Assembly: GCA_036507075.1 (NCBI GenBank)
Contig: DASXQR010000123.1
Span: 1-36,128 of the forward strand
DNA length: 36,128 bases
Direction: 5' to 3'
Source of the DNA: Acidobacteriota bacterium
GTDB taxonomy: Bacteria; Acidobacteriota; UBA6911; JACQSX01
Shown here: positions 1 through 9,117 of the stretch, piece by piece
Position numbering within the stretch: the stretch's first letter is position 1
Layout: each line of letters begins with the position of its first letter
Made by a program: the position numbers and the translations under genes
The notes under the pieces: generated by a model
The model's input: the letters and a program-made list of their open reading frames with translations, nothing else
Databases searched by the model: none
What the model was told of the DNA's origin: nothing

Positions 1-110
1 ACCACGTCAACGTCCACGCCTACGCTAATGATGAAGATCCGAACACGATCAAAACAACCCGTGGACTTACCTGGTGGACGTTGACGTGGTCGTGCACGTG
101 GACCTAGACG
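1..110. repeat. Inverted-repeat element built from a CACGTC/GACGTG-like hexamer (left arm probably truncated by the window edge)
   Basis: 1-17 ACCACGTCAACGTCCAC is the exact reverse complement of 74-90 GTGGACGTTGACGTGGT; degenerate hexamers continue to about 110. Confidence 0.75.
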
Positions 111-123
111 GCTTTTGTGCAGT

Positions 124-2607
124 TTACTTCGCCGCGGTTTGTTTGCCCGGCTTGATTACCAGTTCTACCGGCTCGGCGGCCGCTTCGTCACGCAGCGGAG
201 AATTGACTTCCACACGGCCCGTGATCACCAGCGGGAGTTTCATTGGTTGCACCCACGGTTCCGCGACGATGTGGAAAGTGCGGCTGGTTTCCTGCTCGGT
301 GATCAAAATCGCGTTCAGTCCTATGTCATTGACTCGCACGCCATGCGGCAAGTTCATCACCGAGATCGGTACCCGTCCCGTGAATCCGTTGTTGCGCTGA
401 ATTGTTACTGTGACAGAAACCGACGCGCCGGGAGTGAGCTCGAGCGCTGGTGTCAGGGCCTTTACCATCAGGTCCGGCGCGGGCGCCAGCGCAACTACAC
501 TGATCGGTTCGCCGACCTGGGCGTCATGGATCACTTCCTTGCCGTCGATCACCGCGCGCGCGGCCAGTTTGAGGTTCACCAGTCCGGGAAGCTCCATGCT
601 CGCCCGCGGCGTGCCCGGGCGGCGCGCACCGGGCCCGGGAGCAGAAAGGTACATGGACTTGATGGATGCCGAATAATTATTGAGATTGATATCTTCTGCG
701 GCGGTCAGTACCAGCGTGGTTGTATCCTCTCCCTCGGGAATCGTGCCTCGAGTCGCCGTCAAGCCCCGCGGCAGGTCCTGCAGTTCGACTTGAATTGGAC
801 CCTGGAAGCCGTCCTTTCTGAGGGCGGTCACCGTGAGAGAAACACGCCCGCCGCGCGGGATGTTAAAAGACTTCGGATCAAAGGTAACCTCGTAATCGGG
901 GGCCGGCTCGCGCACGGTGAGGCGATAGGCATAACGGTCCCCCTCGAGATTCCTCACATCGCGCAGTCGCACCAGATAGTCGCCTTTTTCCGGCGCGATG
1001 AAATGCAGCAGCGAATCCTTGCCGCCGAACATTACGCCGCCGTCATCATTTTCATAGTTGATCTGAAACAGCGGCATTCCGTTGGGGGGAAATTTTGTGC
1101 CTGCCGGATGAACCTCAACCTTGTACACAGGCGTGCCCACGGCGTGGTTCCGCGGCGTGGTATCCAACATCCCGATGCGCGATCCGCGAAATCCCTTGAA
1201 AACCATGTCTGCGTCGGGATGCGTGGGCATTTCGTCGACCTGCAGGATTTCTTCGCCGATCATCACGTAGTCATTGATGGCCAGGTCATTCCAACTCGCC
1301 AGGCGGATCCCCTTGCGCGCGGAATCCGGGTCGTTGAGCGCCAGATTTGTCTGTGCCACGCACCTCAGCGTGGCGCGGGGCACCGGCGCGCCGTTCGCGT
1401 CCAGGATCTCCAGAATTGAATCCAGAGGCGATCCAAGCTGCTGCGCAGTCACCTCGAATACCAGCTCCTGTCCTTTGCGGGCATGAATGCGGTAGAGATC
1501 CCGGTCAGCAGAATGATCGCCGCCGGGGCTGGTTCCGGAGGTCACCGATTGAATCCTTCCATTGACGGTGCTGGGGATGGCAAGCGGCTGCGCAGTAGCG
1601 GGTCGATCATTGGGTTCGTTTTCAAAAACTTCAACATAATCGCCCAGCGCCAGACGCGCTCGATTCAGTGTGGGACCGCCAGGAGTGTGTAGGGAAACCG
1701 GAACGGTCTTCGCCGGCGGTGTCAATCCTTCGCCAATCACCTTGATCTTCTCGATCTTGCCCAGATTGAAGCCCTGCACGGAAATCTCAGCGCTGGTTTT
1801 CTTCTGCAGCCCCAGAGGAAAAACCTGGGCCAGATAAGGAAAGGCGCCCGCATAAATACGGTAGAAGAAGTTTTTCCCACCTCCATGCTCGACGTCCTCA
1901 ATCTCCAGAGTGTAAGTTCCCGAGTTGGAAAACTTGTACGCAAGCAGCGCATCGCGATTGGTGTCAACGTCGTTGTTCTCCGCCAGCACCCGTCCCTGCG
2001 AGTCCTTCAAACGAAGAACCGTGTCGGCTTGCGAGTTCAAAGGCCGGGCCAGTGTTTGAAATACCAATTCTTCTCCCGGCCGGGCCTGGAACTGAAAGGA
2101 GTCGACGTCCCCTGGTTCGTCGAGAGTGCCGACAATAGTCGCAGGAAAGGAGATCTTTTGAGGGCTGGAGGATGCCGGTTCTGTTTCATTTATTTCGGTG
2201 AACGAACCTGTGCCGAAGGGCAACAGATTGGAAACACCCAGCGCGGTACGAACGCGAAAGAAGTGAACTCCTACCGGGACATCCGGGTCGATTTTCACCC
2301 GCACAGTAACGCGAAATTTTCGCGCCTTGTCTTCAATCGGAGCCGAAGTTACAACCACGCCTTTTGGCGCCTTTCTTTTCACCATCGGCAACTCTTTGAT
2401 GCCGGCGATCTCGGTTGAAAAACCGGGTTCGCTGAAAATCAGCCCCGTGGCTCCGTCAATATTGGTCCCTTCGATCTCGAGGGTAATTTGAGTGCCGCGC
2501 TGCGCGCCGGTCGGCTTAACCGTTTGCAGCGTCGGCGGCGCGGTCTGCGCGCAGAGCCACGACAAATCCAACAGCAGAAGAGAAAGGAACATGGATGCTC
2601 TTCGCAT
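124..2607 (-). CDS. Secreted pre-peptidase C-terminal (PPC)/Ig-like repeat protein, Planctomycete type
   Basis: Start moved to ATG 2607 (AAGGAG RBS at 2615-2620, signal peptide MRRASMFLSLLLL). PPC-type motifs: GDVDSFQFQARPGE, ENEPND, DRDLYRIHARKGQ, DSLLHFIAPEKGDYLVRLRD. Confidence 0.8.
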   Translation of the reverse strand: MRRASMFLSLLLLDLSWLCAQTAPPTLQTVKPTGAQRGTQITLEIEGTNIDGATGLIFSEPGFSTEIAGIKELPMVKRKAPKGVVVTSAPIEDKARKFRVTVRVKIDPDVPVGVHFFRVRTALGVSNLLPFGTGSFTEINETEPASSSPQKISFPATIVGTLDEPGDVDSFQFQARPGEELVFQTLARPLNSQADTVLRLKDSQGRVLAENNDVDTNRDALLAYKFSNSGTYTLEIEDVEHGGGKNFFYRIYAGAFPYLAQVFPLGLQKKTSAEISVQGFNLGKIEKIKVIGEGLTPPAKTVPVSLHTPGGPTLNRARLALGDYVEVFENEPNDRPATAQPLAIPSTVNGRIQSVTSGTSPGGDHSADRDLYRIHARKGQELVFEVTAQQLGSPLDSILEILDANGAPVPRATLRCVAQTNLALNDPDSARKGIRLASWNDLAINDYVMIGEEILQVDEMPTHPDADMVFKGFRGSRIGMLDTTPRNHAVGTPVYKVEVHPAGTKFPPNGMPLFQINYENDDGGVMFGGKDSLLHFIAPEKGDYLVRLRDVRNLEGDRYAYRLTVREPAPDYEVTFDPKSFNIPRGGRVSLTVTALRKDGFQGPIQVELQDLPRGLTATRGTIPEGEDTTTLVLTAAEDINLNNYSASIKSMYLSAPGPGARRPGTPRASMELPGLVNLKLAARAVIDGKEVIHDAQVGEPISVVALAPAPDLMVKALTPALELTPGASVSVTVTIQRNNGFTGRVPISVMNLPHGVRVNDIGLNAILITEQETSRTFHIVAEPWVQPMKLPLVITGRVEVNSPLRDEAAAEPVELVIKPGKQTAAK

Positions 2608-2616
2608 TTTTGAACT

Positions 2617-2776
2617 CCTTAGTGGTGCCTTGGTGCCTTTGTGAACGTGGAGAGACGGCCTGAGGGCCGTCTCAGGGAATGTCCCGGGATTGCCCTGCTG
2701 TCGACCTCGCCTGAGACGGCCATCGGGCCGTCTCTCCATGTAAAAACTCCAGCGACGCGGCCTGCCGCGTCGCTAC
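2617..2776. repeat. Composite: one 8-mer array arm, an inverted REP-like doublet and a GTAG-type REP-like hairpin
   Basis: CCTTAGTGGTGCCTTGGTGCCTTTGTG (2617-2643); GTGGAGAGACGGCCTGAGGGCCGTCTC with an inverted copy GAGACGGCCATCGGGCCGTCTCTCCA; minus-strand GTAG-CGACGCGGC-AG-GCCGCGTCG at 2751-2776. Confidence 0.7.
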
Positions 2777-2788
2777 GGCTGGGAATGT

Positions 2789-4288
2789 TCATGGCACCGT
2801 GAGATTCTGCGCTGCTTTGTGTCCGGCCAGGTCGTAAATTCCCACCGTCCCATCGTACCTTCCTGCAGCCAGCCACTTTCCATCGGGAGCAATCGCCAGT
2901 CCTAACGCCCAGTCGGGCTGAATCTCGAGTGCCTGCGTTTCACGCAACGTTTCCGGATCCCAAATCTTCACCAGGCGGTCAGCCCCGGTGGAAGCGAGCA
3001 TTTTTCCATCTTTGGAAAAAGCCAGCTTAAGAACCGAATCACCATGCGCAAAAGTGGATCGCAGCAGCGTCGCCCCCGGAGCTCCGCCTGGGCCGCCGCT
3101 TTCCGACCAGCTCCAGATGCGAATGAGCTTGTCGGCTCCCGCAGCCGCGATCATCCGGCCTGAGGGATGAACAGCGACCGTGTAGACAGCATCCAGCGGC
3201 TCGCTCATTGTGACCAGTCGGAGACCGGACTGCACATTCCAGATTTTCACGGTGCGATCTCCGCCCGCGGAAACAAGAACCTTCCCGTCGGGCAGGAACG
3301 CAATTGAATAGACGGCATCCACGTGCTCTTTTAATGTTTTTGTCTCCCTGCCCGTGGTGACGTCCCACAGCTTGATCAGGTGATCGTAACTGGCGCTGGC
3401 CAGCGTCTTTCCATCCGGCGAAAAGCTCAGCGAATAAATGGCGTCGGTATGCCCGCGCATCGTTGAAACGACCTTTGCCTGTTCGACATCCCAGATCTTG
3501 ATTTCTCCGAAACGTGCCGCTGATCCTCCGCCGGCCGCAAGAAATCTTCCGTCCGGAGAAAAGACCACCGCCCGCACCAGATCAACATGTCCCGGGAAAC
3601 TTTGCAGCCACCTGCCCGTGTTTACATCCAGCAGATGGACTGTTTTATAACTGCCGATGGCCACTCGCTCCGCCTTCGAATCGAATGCCACATCGGCAAC
3701 GGAAGCGAGCACCGGAATGGCCGGCTTGATCGAAGGAACGGACAATTCATCACTGCCTGCGGCTAAGAGCTCGCCCGGTCTGGGACCGGAAGCGCCCGCG
3801 TCAATCCAGCGGCGCACGATCGCGATTTCGGCCGGATCCAATGGCTCGCCTTTGTTCGGCATCCGCGGTTCCAGCTTTCCCTCCATCATCAGAACCATGC
3901 GGCTGGAATCGCTCTTTCCCGGGACAAATGCGGGTCCGTGCTCTCCGCCTGCGGCCAGATCTTCGTATGTTTCCATGATCAGGCCTCCCTGCGTCTTGGT
4001 GGAGTTGTGGCAGGAGATGCATTTTTGCTGGAGAAGAGTTCTAACCTGAGAGAACGGAACACCGGGTGTTGTTACTTTTCGGTCACCGGCAGGCTGAACC
4101 GGGGGAGCGCTGGGTGACGTTATGTTAGTCGGAGTCGCAGGAGCAGGCGCTCGAGCGACGGCCATTTTTTTAGTCGCGCAACCAGTCAAGAGAATCAGCA
4201 GGCTGGCCTGTATCGTAGCCAACCGGATGAAAGACCGGTACCGATGCCAAAATGTCTCAGTCCACGCACTCAGTCCAAAGAAGATCAT
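2789..4288 (-). CDS. Putative lipoprotein with a Planctomycete cytochrome c (PSCyt1-like) domain and a WD40 beta-propeller
   Basis: Lipobox LLILLTGC; heme motif CISCH followed by GGL...PGKSDSS...RMP...RWIDAGA; about seven GH...FSPDG...WD repeats. Confidence 0.85.
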   Translation of the reverse strand: MIFFGLSAWTETFWHRYRSFIRLATIQASLLILLTGCATKKMAVARAPAPATPTNITSPSAPPVQPAGDRKVTTPGVPFSQVRTLLQQKCISCHNSTKTQGGLIMETYEDLAAGGEHGPAFVPGKSDSSRMVLMMEGKLEPRMPNKGEPLDPAEIAIVRRWIDAGASGPRPGELLAAGSDELSVPSIKPAIPVLASVADVAFDSKAERVAIGSYKTVHLLDVNTGRWLQSFPGHVDLVRAVVFSPDGRFLAAGGGSAARFGEIKIWDVEQAKVVSTMRGHTDAIYSLSFSPDGKTLASASYDHLIKLWDVTTGRETKTLKEHVDAVYSIAFLPDGKVLVSAGGDRTVKIWNVQSGLRLVTMSEPLDAVYTVAVHPSGRMIAAAGADKLIRIWSWSESGGPGGAPGATLLRSTFAHGDSVLKLAFSKDGKMLASTGADRLVKIWDPETLRETQALEIQPDWALGLAIAPDGKWLAAGRYDGTVGIYDLAGHKAAQNLTVP

Positions 4289-4317
4289 TCGTATTCAAGA
4301 CCTCGTGAATCCGCTGG

Positions 4318-4363
4318 CTTGGTGTCTTGGTGGTCAAAAAAATTGAACCACCAAGACACCAAG
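4318..4363. repeat. Perfect 17-bp hairpin made of CACCAAGA 8-mers
   Basis: CTTGGTGTCTTGGTGGT (4318-4334) / ACCACCAAGACACCAAG (4347-4363). Confidence 0.85.
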
Positions 4364-4432
4364 TCAACTGACTAATCTTGGCAGACGGCCCAAAGTCGCT
4401 GCAGGCCTGTGTACTTCGCACTGATGGTCGCC

Positions 4433-7072
4433 TTAGTGATTAAACAGGAATTCCTTGCCCGTGAGCACCGCCCACATTAAATCTTCCAGCACCTGGCGGC
4501 GCGCCAGCGACTCCGGCTTCTCATCCGTCCTGGGAGCCGCGTGCTTCGAAGCAACGGCCGGTTTCTTCACCGATGCAGCGATGCTCTCCTCCTCTTCGGA
4601 GACCGCTTCGGACTTCTCCTTAGTGTCGGCTTCCGCCATATACCCGCTGGCCGATCCGCTGCCCGGAGTCTTGCGAGCGCCGAGCATTTCCAATAACTGT
4701 TTGTAGTTCCGATCCAAGGCCTCGCTTAAGGCCTGAACCTCGCCGGTCGTGGCACGGCGGCTGAGCGAGCGCAGATAGACCTGTTCGATTGCAGCTCGAT
4801 TATCCGGGTTCGAATCCATCAACTTTTGAACGAAGCCCTCTCGGGAACGGAGCTTCCGGTTGATGGTATCGCCGTTGATCACGTGCAGTGCCTGCGTCAC
4901 AGTCGGCTCCTGCTGGCGCTCCGAGTCCACTGCGACAATACGCGGCGGGCGCCCGAATATATCCAGGAAGTAAGATTCCACCTGCGTGTCCGGCAACTGC
5001 AGCGCGCGCCTGCCCGGCGGGTGACCTTTGAATTTCTCCGGTACGCCGGCAGCCTGGCTGAGAGCGTCCAGGATCACTTCGGCCGGAAGGCGCCTGGCGA
5101 TGTAGTGCGAATAATATTTAAGGTCGCCTTTGTTGGTGTTGTTGGGAACCGAAGTCAACTGGTACGTGCTGGAGTTCATGATGGTGCGGATCAGGTGCTT
5201 CAGCTCGAAGTTGTGATCGATGAAGTCCCGCGTGAGTTTTTCCAGAAGCTCAGCGTGAGTGGGGGGATTGGTGTCGCGGATGTCGTCGACGGCTTCCACC
5301 AGCCCGCGGCCCATAAAGTTCTTCCAGATCCGGTTGACCATGGCGCGCCCGAAGAAGGGATTCTCGGAGGATGTGAGCCAGAGAGCGAAATGTTCGCGCC
5401 GGTCGACAGCAGAATCAATCTTTAGAGCCGGACCTTCCAGCGGCCGCGGCGCCAGCGGTTCGTTCAAGCGCGGATGATTGATGTCGCCCGCGTCAGAGGA
5501 GTACACGATTACGTCTCCGCGTCCCGCTCCGTTCTTGAGAGCCACGCGGGAAAAAAGATTGGCCATCTGGTAGTAATCTTTCTGCGTCCATTTCTCCAGT
5601 GGATGATTGTGGCAGCGCGCGCAGGTGATGGAAAACCCCATGAAGGCGATCGACATGTTTTCCGTGATGTCGATCGGGTCTTTGTGCAGCACGTAGTAAT
5701 TGGCGGCCCCGTTGCTCAGCGTGTTACCGGAAGCGGTAATCAGCTCGCGCGCCATTTTCGAAAGCGGTTTGTTTTCCGCCACACCGGAGCGGACCCAATT
5801 GTAGTAAGACCACATCGCGTTACTGGGGAGTTTCTGGCTGTTGACCAGGAACATGTCCGACAACCGGTACGACCAGTAGTCGACATACTCGGGACGTTCC
5901 AGCAGGGAGTCGATCAGGCGGGTGCGCTTTTCGGCCGCATTGTCGGCCAGAAAGCGCTGCACTTCTTCCGCGGTGGGCAGAATGCCGGCCGCGTCCAGAT
6001 ATGCCCGGCGGATAAATTCCGAATCGGAGGCAAGCCGGGAAGGTTCAATCGCCAGTTCCTGCAGCTTTTGAATTATCAGATCGTCGATGTAATTGGAACG
6101 GGGCGCGCTTTGATAGGCTTCCGCGGAAATTGTATTGGCGAATGGAGAAAATACGCGCGCAGCCGACACGCGGCTCAGATACCAAACCGAAACAGCGGCT
6201 TCGCCCGCTCCCTGAAGTTTGACTATGCCCTTGTCATCCACGACGGCGACGTTTTCATCGCTGCTGAAGAATTTTGTCCAGCGCGTGACATCTTCGACGT
6301 GGCCGTCCGAAAAGGATGCCCTCACCAGGATTTGCTGCGGCTGACCCGCGAAAAGGCGAACTTGTTTTGGAAAAACCTCCAACCTCGTGATCGCAGGATC
6401 GGTATCCGAAGGGGCCGGCATTCCAGAAGCAATCCACTTTGAAATGGTCTTGTAATCATCCGAGCCGGGAGCAAACCGCATTCCTCCGGCATGAGAAACG
6501 GCCAATGTGGGTTTGAGCAGCATCAGGCTCATGGCCGGTTCTATTTTGTTGATGCGGCGTGCCGAAGCCTGCCTTGACAGCGTAAGGTAATCCACCTCGG
6601 GATCATAACCACGCAGGGTGAGCCGGAATCCGTTCTTTCCGGAAGCGGCCCCGTGACAGGCTCCCGAATTGCATCCCGCCTTGGTCATCACAGGCAGCAC
6701 GTGGTTGCGGAAGGAGATCGGATAAGGGGCGAAGCTCTGCTCGACGGTAATGACGGTGCTTGTCAGCTGGTCGCCGATCTTCGCCGAGATGATGGAACGG
6801 CCATCGGAAACAGCGGTGACAAGACCTCTCTCGTTGACCTTTGCAACCACCGGATTGGAGGAACTGAAAGCGGCGCGCGCCGTCAGGTCGCCGTTGAACA
6901 CGCCACCCGCGCGGGATTCCAGCAACAACTGCTGCGTGGCTCCCGCTCCGCGGAGCATGATTTCGGAGGGGAGCAGTTCAATAGTCTGCGGCGCGGAGTA
7001 AGTGGCGTGCGAAAGAAGTTGGAATGCACCGAGCAACAAGACCGGAATTAGAACTAGTGCGCGTTTCTTCAT
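4433..7072 (-). CDS. DUF1549/DUF1553 (PSD1/PSCyt2-type) protein with Ig-like (Big_2) domains
   Basis: Signal peptide from ATG 7072 (TTG 7093 is an alternative start). Motifs GCNSGACHG, SDSEFIRRAYLD, CARCHNHP, NRIWKNFMGRGLVE, RRLPAEVILD and C-terminal EFLFNH. Confidence 0.88.
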   Translation of the reverse strand: MKKRALVLIPVLLLGAFQLLSHATYSAPQTIELLPSEIMLRGAGATQQLLLESRAGGVFNGDLTARAAFSSSNPVVAKVNERGLVTAVSDGRSIISAKIGDQLTSTVITVEQSFAPYPISFRNHVLPVMTKAGCNSGACHGAASGKNGFRLTLRGYDPEVDYLTLSRQASARRINKIEPAMSLMLLKPTLAVSHAGGMRFAPGSDDYKTISKWIASGMPAPSDTDPAITRLEVFPKQVRLFAGQPQQILVRASFSDGHVEDVTRWTKFFSSDENVAVVDDKGIVKLQGAGEAAVSVWYLSRVSAARVFSPFANTISAEAYQSAPRSNYIDDLIIQKLQELAIEPSRLASDSEFIRRAYLDAAGILPTAEEVQRFLADNAAEKRTRLIDSLLERPEYVDYWSYRLSDMFLVNSQKLPSNAMWSYYNWVRSGVAENKPLSKMARELITASGNTLSNGAANYYVLHKDPIDITENMSIAFMGFSITCARCHNHPLEKWTQKDYYQMANLFSRVALKNGAGRGDVIVYSSDAGDINHPRLNEPLAPRPLEGPALKIDSAVDRREHFALWLTSSENPFFGRAMVNRIWKNFMGRGLVEAVDDIRDTNPPTHAELLEKLTRDFIDHNFELKHLIRTIMNSSTYQLTSVPNNTNKGDLKYYSHYIARRLPAEVILDALSQAAGVPEKFKGHPPGRRALQLPDTQVESYFLDIFGRPPRIVAVDSERQQEPTVTQALHVINGDTINRKLRSREGFVQKLMDSNPDNRAAIEQVYLRSLSRRATTGEVQALSEALDRNYKQLLEMLGARKTPGSGSASGYMAEADTKEKSEAVSEEEESIAASVKKPAVASKHAAPRTDEKPESLARRQVLEDLMWAVLTGKEFLFNH

Positions 7073-7092
7073 ATCAGATTGCAAAGTGCGCA

Positions 7093-7150
7093 ATCACCAC
7101 AATGACGCGTTTGGTTGCGGCCTGCGGCCGGGCTGTGCCTTTGTGGTGAT
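7093..7150. repeat. Small inverted-repeat element with an internal GGTTGCGGC...GCCG hairpin
   Basis: ATCACCACAA (7093-7102) / TTGTGGTGAT (7141-7150); the internal motif recurs at 32687-32722. Confidence 0.65.
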
Positions 7151-7164
7151 AAATCTTCTATCCG

Positions 7165-8538
7165 TCAGAATAGTTCCTTAATGGGCTGCGTGCCGTAATC
7201 AACAATAGGGACCGGACGATTCTGCGCCCCTGGCAGTTCCGTCTCCAGATCGATGCCCAGCGCTCGGAAAACAGTCGCCGCCACCTGTGCCGGTGATGTC
7301 GGCCGGTCCTTGGGATAACCGCCGATTTCGTCCGAGGATCCAATTACCTGGCCCCCCTTGATCCCACCGCCGGCCATCAGAATGGTCCAGCAGTTCGGCC
7401 AGTGGTCGCGGCCGCCGGCGGGATTGATCTTGGGAGTGCGTCCGAATTCACCCATGGCGAGCACCAGAGTATTATCCAGCAGGCCGCGCGCGGCCAGATC
7501 CTCCAACAGGGAACTGTATGCATTGTCAAACATCGGTCCCACCAGGTCGCGATAGCAACTGATCGGGCTGAAAGGCGCCGAGCCGTGAATGTCCCAGGTA
7601 ATTTCGTTGAACACGGTCTCGAACATGTTGACGGTGACGAAGCGGACGCCGCGTTCGATCATGCGGCGCGCCAGCAGACAGCTCTGGCCGAAGCGATTCC
7701 GGCCGTAGCGAGCGCGCGTTTGATCGTCTTCCTTGGTGATATCGAATGCTTCGCGGGCGCTCTGAGAAGAGATCAAGCGATACGCCTGCTCGAAATTGCT
7801 GTCCAGAAGGCGCGCATCGGGCGTAGATTCCAGGTACGAAACGCTCTTGTCGACCAGTGTGCGCAGCGAGGCGCGGCCATCGACGCGAATGGGAGGAAGA
7901 TAATCGGGCGGCAGCAGATCGGGAACCTTGAAATCCGGTTCCGACGGGTCCGAGTTCAAGACAAACGGATCGTACGTCTTTCCCAGAAATCCGGCGGTTT
8001 GGCCGTGAGGCAGATTCCCGCCGGTATTGCCGATGGGGCGAGGCAGCAGCACATGCGGGGGCGCGTCGCCCTTGGGTCCCTTCAGCTTGCTGAGAACACA
8101 GCCGATGTGCGGATGCTCGGTCCCGGCCTGGAAAAACCGGCCTGTCTGCATCATCTGATGGCCGACATCATGCACACCCGCGCCATTGTGGTAAACGGAT
8201 CGAATGAGCGAAAACTTGTCGGCGTGCCGCGCGCTTCGAGGGAAGATTTCGCTGATCTGGATGCCTGCCACGTTTGTGGCAATAGCTTTGTAAGGACCCC
8301 GGATCTCGGCAGGCGCATCCGGCTTCATGTCGAAAGTGTCCAGATGGCTCGGTCCGCCGACCAGAAACAGCATGATGCAGTTTACGTCTTTGTTCTTGTC
8401 TACCGCTCCCAGTGCCTTCCACTGGAGAAAATCGCCGATGGTCAAACCAAAGAAAGCGAGAGCTCCCGCATGCAGGAAGTCGCGGCGTCTCAGCCCGTCG
8501 CAGAAATTGACGCCTTTTTCAGCATCCAGTTGAATCAT
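7165..8538 (-). CDS. DUF1501 domain protein (Tat-type signal)
   Basis: RRDFL twin-arginine motif; GGPSHLDTFD, WDIH, GEFGRTP and GRDHW family motifs. Confidence 0.9.
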   Translation of the reverse strand: MIQLDAEKGVNFCDGLRRRDFLHAGALAFFGLTIGDFLQWKALGAVDKNKDVNCIMLFLVGGPSHLDTFDMKPDAPAEIRGPYKAIATNVAGIQISEIFPRSARHADKFSLIRSVYHNGAGVHDVGHQMMQTGRFFQAGTEHPHIGCVLSKLKGPKGDAPPHVLLPRPIGNTGGNLPHGQTAGFLGKTYDPFVLNSDPSEPDFKVPDLLPPDYLPPIRVDGRASLRTLVDKSVSYLESTPDARLLDSNFEQAYRLISSQSAREAFDITKEDDQTRARYGRNRFGQSCLLARRMIERGVRFVTVNMFETVFNEITWDIHGSAPFSPISCYRDLVGPMFDNAYSSLLEDLAARGLLDNTLVLAMGEFGRTPKINPAGGRDHWPNCWTILMAGGGIKGGQVIGSSDEIGGYPKDRPTSPAQVAATVFRALGIDLETELPGAQNRPVPIVDYGTQPIKELF

Positions 8539-8596
8539 GGGAAGGTCACCTCAACGCTTAAAAGTTTCAGTGCGCGGATCTCAAATTTCAGTGTAG

Positions 8597-8724
8597 TTCA
8601 CGAATTTCACGAATTCCACGAATTTCACGAATTTTCACGAAGTTAAGGCGAACGAAGCACCAACGAGTGATCCGACAAAATGCTTCAAAATTCGTGAAAT
8701 TCGTGAAATTCGTGTAAATTCGTG
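8597..8724. repeat. Palindromic array element, CACGAATTT family (copy 1)
   Basis: Five CACGAA(TTT)-type units at 8597-8641, a unique spacer, then four AATTCGTG units at 8688-8724. Confidence 0.9.
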
Positions 8725-8874
8725 GCCAACCCCCCACCCCAAATATTTGGATACAATTCAATATTTTGGTTAGAGTGGCGGGCGTTTCCCACCCGAACCG
8801 AACGTAAATATCTATTTTCCATGAGGTTTCCAACTGTCCGGTTTTGGAAAAAAAATTGCTTAAGGTTGTTTCAG

Positions 8875-8976
8875 GCCGTTGTTTCCGCGCCCTCAAGTTG
8901 AAGCGAGCTTTCACGGGGTGAGTGGGTTATTCAACTTGGAAGATCGACAAGACTTCCGGAGCGCGGAAATGGCGGC
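8875..8976 (+). ncRNA. Candidate structured RNA (three-way junction), family not recognised
   Basis: 16-bp closing stem 8875-8890/8961-8976 with three G-U pairs on the + strand; stem CAAGTTGAA/TTCAACTTG (8894-8902/8930-8938); small GAAG/CTTC hairpin (8939-8956). Confidence 0.4.
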
Positions 8977-9117
8977 ACATTCGTCTTGCTTTACGCGGGC
9001 GGGAGCTTTTAAATAGCTTCAACTATTACTGTCCGAGCTTGAATGGGTGGCTCGGCCAAGTCCAATTGATTCACATCACAAGCAGTATTAAGAGCACTGA
9101 TTCCTAAGGAGGAGTAC

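Noticed and set aside
8588..8914. 108-aa ORF, and likewise 74-400 and 26444-26818
   Set aside because: Partly repeat-derived (TNFTNF, VDVDV, VKFVKF) with no family motifs.
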